Source: Nemertoderma westbladi (Eukaryota > Animalia > Xenacoelomorpha). Taken from it: a stretch of DNA of 64,000 nucleotides. The DNA is taken from contig JAUCBJ010004787.1 of NCBI GenBank assembly GCA_032718475.1, forward strand, positions 53,736 through 117,735, written 5' to 3'. The stretch's first letter is position 1; every line of letters starts with the position of its first letter. Positions 28,301-40,300 of this stretch are shown piece after piece. Position numbers and translations under genes: made by a program. The notes beneath the pieces are model-generated. The model saw nothing but the letters and a program-made list of their open reading frames with translations, was not told the origin of the DNA and did no database searches.

Positions 28301-31300
28301 CCTGACCAACTATCCCAACTCAAAAACCGAACTGAAATGGCATTGCACTGGTATGGTAGCGGTGGAATATTTAAGGGAGTTCATCATTGTGCAACCCCCC
28401 TCCCGGATAAATATCCACAATATTTTACAATCAATCCTCAAGGTGAATAGGTAGCTAGCTACCTATGGTAGAATGCCCGGAGTTCTGGAGGGGAAGACAA
28501 TGAGATCTAACATGCAACACAGTTTCTGCTGTTCTGATCAATACCTAAATTATTGTTAAGTTAGTATAGGCCTTCGTTTGTACTTATAATTACATACTAA
28601 CATGTTTATCTTATTTTTATTTTAAAGCCGGTGGTGGGAATATGTTCAAGATCAATATGAACACAGGGGAGATCAGAACAGCGGGTCGATTTGACCGGGA
28701 GACAACTGCGTCTTATGTCATCACCGCTTCCTGCCACAACCCAGACAGCCCGACCACCAAGAAAGCTGATGTCGCCATTACTGTGAGTTACCAACTCCTA
28801 CTGTTTAAATTGTTCCTTTAAATTGTAATACAAGCAAGCAAGCATTTATTATTTGAAAAGTATCACATCGATGTAACATCGATGTATTTCAATCGATGTA
28901 ACATGACAAATATTTAACAAAAACAACTTAAAAGTAATAAAATATTTTAAATATTTAGAAAAATAGAATGGATAGTTGTTAACTTTTTTTTTAAGTAATA
29001 TATATATTTCCAACAACTTCTATATAGTCCATAATATGATGTAACTGCTCCGAATTAGGTTTAATTTTTCTATTATTACACCTTTAAAGTAAATTAATAA
29101 TTATACAGGTTAATGTATTAGATATCAATGACAACGCATTTACATTCCCGGTACCAATATTGTACGCAACTGTCAGAGAAGACGACCTACCTAGCACAGA
29201 CGTCCTCGCCATCAATTACTCAGATCCCGATGACAATGATGTCGAGGAAGTTATGAATATTAAAGCTGGTGACGATTTCACACAGTATGGTTGTGTGTAT
29301 TTATAGCAACACGTCTGACATCAGCTCACCATTCAGCTACACCAATAATGGTTTCCACAACACCCATCTTATCAACAGCATTCTTTATATCACCACATCC
29401 TTAAAATCATTTCAGTCAATATCTAACACAACCTAACATTTCCTTAAAACACAGCCCAATATTTTGCATGCATCTTTTTCATTAAACCAATTGTTATTAT
29501 GCAGGCAATATAGGGAATAATGTTGCAGGACTTTTTCTTATAAATTAAATATTTTCTATTTTCATTTTCCACTTTTAACACTTCAACTTGTAAAAGAAGA
29601 TATCTTGCCTTTCACTTTTAATACACTCAAATAACATTCATTACATGCATTGGTTGCCCAGGTATCAATTACAGACATCAACGACAATGTGCCTTCATTT
29701 ACGGTGCCTGTAGTCTATGCTACAGTCAATGAAGATGATGGACCCAACACCGTTGTTACCAATCTGGGTTACATAGACCAAGATACCACACCAGCTAACC
29801 CGACCATAACTATAAAGGGCGGTGACTCATACAGCAAGTATGATGTACATCCCAGATGTGATCAATATGACTGCTCCTAGTTTTTTTTTCTTACTAAGTC
29901 CACATTTAATAAATTTTCACAGGATGCGCTTACTAAGTGCACTCTTACTTTTTTTAATCAACTGAAAAATTATCAATACTAACTGCGATATTTTAACTTA
30001 ATTAAACTAATTCCATATCAACATCAATTGGGAATATTGTACAACCTACTGTACAATATTCCACATATAACCAACCACCAACCCCTTTCTTTCTCAACAT
30101 CTTCACACCAATTTTGTCACTAACTTTATCACCAATATATATAACTCATAACCCCTATAACCAGGTATTCTATGTGACATTTTCACTCCAAGCATAACAT
30201 TTTAACCATCACTATCAATGCTGCCTTACACATTTTTAATAATTGTAGTACTGAAATGCAAAAGATTGTTTATCAAAAAGCATAATGAGCAAAATATAAA
30301 ATATTAATAAATTAAGATTTGGCCTGATACACAATTTTTTCACTCGCCTTATAATTTATTTATGTAGCATCTCATTAATCTACTGGTATTCCTTTTGATT
30401 CTCATCACTTTTATTACTATCACACTTCACTGCATTAATCTGCACCGTACAGGTAAGTCTATCGGACGTGAACGATAACGCACCCAGCTTCAGTAACCAA
30501 GCACCCATAGTGTACGGCACAGTTAACGAGGGAGATATTAACGCTGCTACTAACATTGTCCTCGGCTACCAGGACAGAGATACAGTTGGAGGAAAAAAAT
30601 TTTTTCTCAGCGGCACCGGATCCGAAAAGTGAGGCAACAAGTTTATTTATTAATTACTAATGTGTCTCACATTCATTCATTATTAATTCTACCCGTGGTA
30701 TAGTTTATAGGCTTTCCGAAGAATATTTGTAAACAAAATTATATGTTTATTGTTAAATAGAACCTTTATTGTTAAATAGAACCTTTATTGTTAAATAGAA
30801 CCTTTATTGTTAAATAGAACCTTTATTGTTAAATAGAACGTTTATTGTTGAATAGAACCTTTATTGTTTCATATCATAATTTCATGTCGGGTGCTTCGCT
30901 AATAGACTTTATATATTAATTAACTTAATTTACTTCAATTATAAAATTTGCTTATTATATACAATTCAAAATTTTGATATTATTTGGAAATTCATTACTG
31001 TATCATGTCCTTTTTAAGCCAAGTGAAATTTATTTTTTTCAAAAATTGAAATAGTTGAATAAACGTCACATTTTACATATTATTCATTTAAGCTTCCAAG
31101 TGACCACGGTTACTTCCACCACAGTACTTCAGGTGCGCACTGCTATAGACTTAGAAACCACAGGTCTACGTAACTACCAGCTAAGCATAGAAGGACAGGA
31201 TGGCGCTAATCCCCCAGCTACAGTACTCGTATTTGTCGAAGTGTTACCCGTCAACGAATTCACCCCGACATTCCTCAGTGTTCCCACAGCAACTGTTAGT

Positions 31301-34300
31301 ATATAAATACAATAAAATATTACAAAGAATATAATTATTAGATTCTTTTTCAGAAGTGAATATCTTGTTGAAACAAAAATGAACGATGTTATAACTATTT
31401 ACATACTTGTGTGTAAAGTAGCACTTTACAGTGTGATGATCCGAGTGGCTTTGTTACACGAACGAACGTTAGTGAGTGAGTGAAAATAAAGCCACGAGGA
31501 TCAGAACACTGTAAAGTACTTTGCAAGAAGTAAGTATGTAGTGTTATTCCAAAATTTTAACATTATGAAGTGATTGTACATATACATTATAAGTGATAGA
31601 AACTGCACAAATTAAATTAGTTGCTGTATAAATAAATGTAAAATGACATAAATTATGTTATAAATAAGTTAGCTTATATTTATGGTGGCGTTTGGAGCCA
31701 TATTATAATAATATAGCTAGGCCCTACTGGTTATTAATAGCTATACCCCGCCTACCGGTAGGTAATGCAGTAGGCCTATCTGGCTGTCAGGCAAATTTCC
31801 ACATATTGTTTACGTGGTATCCAATGACGGCGTTAAGTAATGTCCCCTTAGTGGACAATACTTAACGCCGTCATGGGTCACCACGTAAACAATAACACCA
31901 AATACAATACTAAATGTACAAGCCAATACAATGCTGTAATGTCCTCTAAAGTTGTAAAGTGCTAAATAACAACTCGCTGTTAATACTAACTGATGCACCG
32001 GGTAGATCCGCCCTCGATACACGCCTTGGCGAAGCGGCAGAGGTAAACTCCACATTGTTGCGAGTTGAATTTCCGCTTTGTCAGGGGAAGGTCGATTGAA
32101 ATGTCGGGGGCAGGGACGTTAAGCCTCTCAGCCTCCCGGGACGCCCACTCGACGATGGATCCGGTGACGGAGATATTGGTGCCCCCCAACGAGTCGAAGT
32201 AGCGAAGGCGAGCCTTCTTAGGGTGGAGGACCGCCAGGACCCAGTGGTTGCCGTTGAGGTTGACGGGGAAAACGATCGTATCGAGCGCGAATATGTCGCA
32301 GTTCCGCGTTCAGCCTTTAACCGAATTGTATCCACGTTTAGGAGACACGTAGAGGTCGTAGAAATGATGGTTGAAGACCTTTACATTCTCGTTACCACTG
32401 GCGAGAGAGCAGAGGATGGCGTGGATTATGTTGTCCGTTAACCACGACTCCCCCCTCTAGAGAGTCTATATCCCTCTTGGAGAGGGAAACGCCGGAGTAG
32501 GTAGACATCCGGAGTAGGTAGAACGGCAATAAGATTAAAAATAAATTAAAAATAAATTAAAAATAAATTAAAAATAAATTAAAAATAAATTAAAAATAAA
32601 TTAAAATTAAATTAAAAATAAATTAAAACAATATGACAGTAATGGTCAATTGATTTGGTAAGTAGCAGTCCAGCAGTTGTGGTTCGATTTATTGTTTCTG
32701 ACGAATCTGTCTGAACAATTAATTGTTATAACAGATAAAATAAACGTATTATTAACCGATGATTACATTGTCTAGGTTTCGGAGAACGCTCATCCTGGTA
32801 TCGTGATTGTAAACGAACTCATCCCGTTAATCACAGACGAAGATAAATACGAACATGGTATCGACGATGTGTTCTTTAAAATAACAGGTTAGTTAGAAAA
32901 CTAACTTGCATAATGGAAACAAATAGGTCAGAAATTAAATCATTCACTTCATGTATAATATAATTGTGTTCCGTCTTTATTTTGAAAAAATTTTGAAAAA
33001 AAAAGCTTGAAAATGTTATATTCACAACTCCCCAGAATTAATTTCTTATTGTGAATAATTATTATTCAAATATATTCAATATTAATATAAACCTAATAAA
33101 TTATGAAATATTAACTAGTCTTAGTCAGCATTATATTAATCCCAAATAGCGGGAGTTTGTGTAATACCACAGGCTAATTGATTCGCATTTTCTTAATGCT
33201 CTTATTGTAAAGAGACCCTGATCAAATTGTGGGTTAATTATTTTCGAAATGCGCTGATAGAAGTGTCATGTTAAACTGGTAAAATGCTTTCACTAATTCA
33301 TTAGTAGAGTCACGCCAGTTAGCTAATAAATGCTAATAATGAAGATAATTAGTTGTGATTATTACTTTGTTTGCTTGCTTGATAGGTGGTGACACTGGAG
33401 GAAATTTTGTCATTCAACCCAAAACTGGGCAAATCATACTAAAGAAACGAATCGACAGAGAATCACTTGCTAGTCCATTTACTATAAACCTCGATATTCA
33501 GGTAAGTTTTATATCAACGACAGTCAGAATATTATCTGAAAGTAAACATTTTTCTGCAGGATCTGGGTGATAAAACATATTGGATAAATCCCACATATTC
33601 AATGACGATAATGACTAAGTTTTTATAATAATTGATCAATAATAATTTAAATAAATCGATAATATATTGTGAGGATTGATGAGGTATCTTAGCATTGTAA
33701 TTACTTACTATTTGGTGGCTTCTTGGATCCGGGTTCAGTTTTGCAACACACTACATAATGACATCAATGTGGCCAAGTACGGTAGGGTTGAGCACAGTGG
33801 CATCATATGATGGTATTGACAGATGTGATACCATGAGGAGGTTAATTGCGGACATACAAGGTATCAGATAGTATTTCCAGATCTATCTTTTACCTGAGCT
33901 GCTAGCTGAATGGTTAGAGCGTCAAACTTCCAACCCGGAGGTCACCAGTTCGATCCCACCTGGACGTCATTGCCGACTTTGCAAAGCTGTGCCCAACAAA
34001 AAATTATATGAATGTGTGGAAAGTCACTGATTATCTCTATTACTACTACTACTAGGATCGGCATGCTGCATTGCAGATGCATTATATATATATTACATAC
34101 CGGTATATATTAAGAATGCTGTGCCGGCTTGTCGACAAAATTGCGCCGCCACAATTCCCTATCACCGAACCTTAAGTTTCAGATGAATTCTATGTGACTT
34201 CCAAATCCTGGAAAGCCCATTCAAGGCTGTCAATGCCTTTCCCTTACGTATTCGAAGGTCCTCACCTGACTTCCAGATCCATGATCCCAGGTAACAGAAG

Positions 34301-37300
34301 TCGTCCACATGCTCAAGCGTACATACCATATCAAAATTTTTCGTCTTTTTGGAGTTAATAAAAAGACCAACACTAGAAGCAGCCTGTTCTAATGAGCTGA
34401 GGAGCCGTTGGGCTCCCTCTAATGATTCTGAGAGTACTCCTAAGTCATCAGCAAAGTCTAGATCAGTCAGATACTTAGCAGGATTTACTCAACTTCTGGA
34501 GGCATTAGGTGGAGTTACCATCACCCCATCATCATTAAGATTACCTAAAGACATGCGTATAACATAGTCAACCACAATTATGAACAAGAATGGTGCAAGT
34601 GTGTCTCCCTGGAGGACGCCCCATAACTCTTCGAGTGGTTCTGTGTCACCATCAGCAGTAGACACAATGTTGTCGACACAAATACTGACTCTTCCAGACC
34701 AATAATATTAGACCACCCACTGACAAAACATACTGTACTGTTTCCAATACACCGCTGAATAAAATTTTGGTGACTCTCTGGCATCTGGGTGTGGGAAAGT
34801 TTAGCATTTTGTATCAAGTAACTACGATTATCACACTTCTAATAATATAATATTAAATTAATTAATAGTAATTGAGGACATTACATGGTCGTCATTCCCT
34901 AAATAATTTTTGCGCAAAAACCACTCCAAAATCACTCTGTCGGTGATACAATTTAAAGGTTAGGAGAAGTCCATTGTCATTTAGAAGCCTGTCAAGGGAA
35001 GTTATTGATTGGCCGTCTTTATGATCATACCAGGATGTAACATAGTTGAGACCGATATATTTGCTAGAGATAGGAAATGCAACTTAACAAGACTGCCTGT
35101 TTGATAGAAGTGGACTAAATAATATATCAAGTGTCATTGGGGAAGTTGCTGAAATGGATGTTAGCTCAACGGATGAGCTAATTTGGCTCTTTCAACCCCC
35201 ATTGACGTGCTTTTTCCTTTTCCATTTTTTCCATTTCTGAACAAATTCCTATAAGATATTATTATATAATAAGAGGTGTAAAGGAATCATCCTCTAGGAT
35301 AAAGCAGTGATTTGTTATCCAACACGATTGCAGGGTATAGCTGGGAATTGGCAAAGAGGCGCCACCATATTTGTAAAGAAACTTATTGTTTATGTAGTTG
35401 TATGCGAATCCGAGTGTTTCAACGACAATCGGCGCTGACCAATTAAAATATAACAAATACGATATAATTTTTTAGGTTTCCGATGGAGATAAAACGAGTT
35501 CCCAACAGATTCCTGTGGTAATAACGGACGAGCCAGATAGCACACCGAGTTGCGGTGGTGTTTACCATTACTACAAAGCGAACCTACCAGAAACATCGTC
35601 CGCGGGGGATACTGTGGTAAGTCAACTACTCTACTCCATCCCTAAAACAAACGTTTTAAATCCGTCACTATAAAATGTATAATTTTTTTTTATAATTTAT
35701 AAAAAATTTGATTTATTTGATTTTGAATGTGTGAATCAATGAATTTGGTTTTTTTTCAAATAACGTAAATAAAGCACTGTTTGTTTGGGCACAGTGATTT
35801 AAATGTTGCAGCCTAGCCCAACCCTGGCTTACATCCTTCAGTGGTCGATAAATGGAAACCAAGGCAACTTGGGAAACAGAATGGAAGGGTTTACTGTGGA
35901 AGATCACCCATGGTAGTGTACAGGCATTCATTGGCTTAACGAGCCTAAAAGATTCTCCCATTCAATATGGAAACTTAATGCGTTATATTTATTACACAAT
36001 ATTTTCCCGATATTCTGTGTAAATTTCGCATATAACATAGTAATTATATATATTGATATCTCTGTAAAACATGCTTGATCGACTATATATATTTCTATGA
36101 TCGTGAAGTTGCAGAATCTGTTATATATTCAATAAATCTGCCTTTTCATTATATTTTGATTATAAAATATATTTCTAATTATATATCGAAAGGAAGTACA
36201 AAAAAACATATTAATTAATTAATTATTTTCGCATTCTATATAGCTTGCCTTAACAATAGCAAACACGAGTACCATTACATTGTTGGCACCAGGAATCGGC
36301 AGTGGTTCGGAGATGTTACCGGTATCCCGAGTCTGCTGGTTGCCAGTGTTCCTGCTAAGCTGGTCCTCTGATAATGGATACTGTGGCTTTGTTGGGTTAC
36401 AGAGGCGGACAGCTACCTGTCAATGAATCTTACGCACAATCAATGCGGTCTTGATATCTATCAACAAATTGGTTGATACAAATCGTTAGGAACAATGTTT
36501 CCTATTTCCGTTCATATGAATTCATAATATTTAATGAGAGAATCTTTTAGGCTGATTAAACAAAGGAATGCCCGTTCTCCACCATGGGAAATCTTCCACA
36601 GTAAACCCTTCCACTCTGTTTCCTAACTGAATGCCCGTTCACCACCATGGGTGATCTTCCACAGTAAACCCTTCCACTCTGTTTCCTAACTGAATGCCCG
36701 TTCACCACCGTCGGTGATCTTCCACAGTAAACCCTTCCACTCTGTTTCCTAACTGAATGCCCGTTCACCACCATGGGTGATCTTCCACAGTAAACCCTTC
36801 CACTCTGTTTCCTAACTGAATGCCCGTTCACCACCATGGGTGATCTTCCACAGTAAACCCTTCCACTCTGTTTCCTAACTGAATGCCCGTTCACCACCGT
36901 CGGTGATCTTCCACAGTAAACCCTTCCACTCTGTTTCCTAACTGAATGCCCGTTCACCACCATGGGTGATCTTCCACAGTAAAACCTTCCACTCTGTTTC
37001 CTAACGGAATGCCCGTTCACCACCATGGGTGATCTTTCACAGTAAACCCTTCCACTCTGTTTCCTAACTGAATGCCCGTTCACCACCATGGGTGATCTTC
37101 CACAGTAAACCCTTCCACTCTGTTTCCTAACTGAATGCCCGTTCACCACCATGGGTGATCTTCCACAGTAAACCCTTCCACTCTGTTTCCTAACTGAATG
37201 CCCGTTCACCACCATGGGTGATCTTCCACAGTAAACCCTTCCACTCTATTTCCTAACTGAATGCCCGTTCACCACCATGGGTGATCTTCCACAGTAAACC

Positions 37301-40300
37301 CTTCCACTCTATTTCCTAACTGAATGCCCGTTCACCACCGTCGGTGATCTTCCACAGTAAACCCTTCCACTCTGTTTCCTAACTGAATGCCCGTTCACCA
37401 CCGTCGGTGATCTTCCACAGTAAACCCTTCCACTCTGTTTCCTAAATGAATGCCTGTTCTCCACCATGGTAAATCTTCCTCAGTAAAACCTTCCACTCTA
37501 TTTCCTAAAGGAATGCCTGTTCACCACCATGGGTGATCTTCCATAGTAAATCATTCCACTCTGTTTCCTAAAGAAATGCCTGTTCCCCACCATGGGTGAT
37601 CTTACTATTCTTCCATAGTAAACCCTTCCACTCTGTTTCCTAAAGGAATTCCTGTTCACCACCATTGGTGATCTTCCACAGTAAACTCTTCCATTCTGTT
37701 TCCCAAAGGAAGGCCTGTTCACCACCATGGGTAATCTTACTATTCTTCCATAGTAAACCCTTCCACTCTGTTTCCTAAAGGAATTCCTGTTCACCACCAT
37801 TGGTGATCTTCCACAGTAAACTCTTCCATTCTGTTTCCCAAAGGAAGGCCTGTTCACCACCATGGGTAATCTTACTATTCTTCCATAGTAAACCCTTCCA
37901 CTCTGTTTCCTAAAGGAATTCCTGTTCACCACCATTGGTGATCTTCCATAGTAAACCCTTCCACTCTGTTTCCTAAAGGAATTCCTGTTCACCACCATTG
38001 GTGATCTTCCATAGTAAACCCTTGCACTCTGTTTCCTAAGGAATGCCGTTCACCTCCACGGGTGATCTTCCACAATTATTGTGCCTCCCTGTTAATTGTT
38101 TGTTTGAATCTCTCGGACATTCCGCTATTCTAACAATTAAACAAGAGATTAAAATATTTATAATAATGATTCGTACTATATATTATATTCTGTTAATTAT
38201 TAAAAGGGATAAGATATGTATTTGTATTAATTTTACGTTTAATAATTTACGTTCATACCGATATATAGTTTACCGTGCGAGCGCAGCTACTGAAGACAAT
38301 ACGATCGAGTAACATTAAACTGGTTAATAAATCACGATAAAAACTATTAATGCGAATTTTAGTGGTACTTTTAATTCAGTTATTGCCATCTTGAACGGTA
38401 AATAACTTTTTAAACAACTTTTCAATGAAACTGAATTTGAAACCTTAAACGCAGAATGGCAGCTGTTCCGTAAATGCCTCGAAACAAATAATAATTTATT
38501 ATCGTACTTCAACCTAAAACAATTAGTGATTCCTCAGTTGACAACATTATTGTAAGTTTCGAACCAATCGAGTTCCCTCAAAAATTATTTCTTGCAAAGC
38601 AACACTGCATCCGAACTTCAATTGGATAGAGACTTTGAATTGAGAGGAAAATGACAATTATCAGGCCGTACCTGCTTCTTTCTTGCTGTAACCGTATGTA
38701 TACGCAAAGGTAATATAAGGCTATATATATTTAGCCCACAATATGCAACTTCCTCCCAACAAACTCCACTCGCATTAATCTCATTTATTATGCATTATAT
38801 TATATATATCAAGTTCAGGTATACCGCCTGTTAGAGTGGGAGACATGAGGGGGGGGGGGGTGGGGGGGGGGGGGGGACTGGACGCAAAGTTAGGGTGGAG
38901 ATCTTGCTTCCAACATGAAGGTCTTGAGTTCGTGCCCCTCCTGTAAATGATCACCCCAGTTGTCGTTGAATCCATATAAGTAACTAACTTTCAGCCCACT
39001 TTCGATGGTACTAGCTAGTGTTTTCGTTGGTAGCAAATGTTTCATTCCAAAAATATAGCCATTTTACTCTCGATATTTTTACTCTCGATATTTTTACTCT
39101 CGATATTTTTACTCTCGATATTTTTACTCTCGATATTTTTAAACTCCCGATATTTTTACACTCGATATTTTTTGAACTCGCGATATTATCGCAATTTTTA
39201 AACACTCGATGTTTTTACTCGCGATATTTTTCATATCTCGATAGTTTTATTATAACCTTTTAGACTCGATACTGGGGGTGCTACCGTAAGGTTCGATGTT
39301 GAGGCCTGGTTTATGCCACATAGGTGTAATATTGTGGGTTTGTTCAGATATTACACCTTTAATTACAGTTGCAACAGCTCATCTCCAATTTATTTATGCC
39401 ACATAAGTTGAAATGAGAATTGAAATCTAAATGGTTTGGCCGCCTTCAAATACACTAGATTCGGCCCTAAATTGCATTATTAAGCATAATTATGGTAGAA
39501 TGTACTTAAATTAATATCTGATTAGTGCTGTGTATGTGGTCATCTTCCGCAGTAATAATTCCCACTCTGCTTCTCAAAGTTACCTAGATTCCAATTTATC
39601 GACGAGTCAAAGATAAATGTGTGTACTGTACAACCCACAGCAGCTACAACCCACGTCCCGCAGTACCAACAGTGCTACAGTACAACCCATAGGGCCAACA
39701 ACCCACAGCAGCTACAACCCACGTCCCGCAGTACCAACAGTGCTACAGTACAACCCATAGGACCAACAACCCACGTCCCGCAGTACCAACAGTGCTACAG
39801 TACAACCCATAGGACCAACAACCCACGTCCCGCAGTACCAACAGTGCTACAGTACAACCCATAGGACCAACAACCCACAGCAGCTACAACCCACGTCCCG
39901 CAGTACCAACAGTGCTACAGTACAACCCATAGGACCAACAACCCACGTCCCGCAGTACCAACAGTGCTACAGTACAACCCATAGGACCAACAACCCACGT
40001 CCCGCAGTACCAACAGTGCTACAGTACAACCCATAGGACCAACAACCCACGTCCCGCAGTACCAACAGTGCTACAGTACAACCCATAGGACCAACAACCC
40101 ACGTCCCGCAGTACCAACAGTGCTACAGTACAACCCATAGGACCAACAACCCACGTCCCGCAGTACCAACAGTGCTACAGTACAACCCATAGGACCAACA
40201 ACCCACGTCCCGCAGTACCAACAGTGCTACAGTACAACCCATAGGACCAACAACCCACGTCCCGCAGTACCAACAGTGCTACAGTACAACCCATAGGACC

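Noticed and set aside
28950-29570. Docking/selector complementarity around the alternative exons (aaatagaa vs ttctattt)
   Set aside because: Matches are short and AT-rich, as expected by chance; needs comparative folding
33560-33630. Possible alternative exon ctgcag|DLGDKTYWINP.. resembling the start of exon 14 (GDKT)
   Set aside because: Similarity is only four residues, it runs into a stop, and it has no cadherin motifs or donor
33895-33968. Functional tRNA-Gly gene (also 55770-55845)
   Set aside because: Acceptor stem does not pair well and the segment is embedded in a longer dispersed repeat with divergent copies
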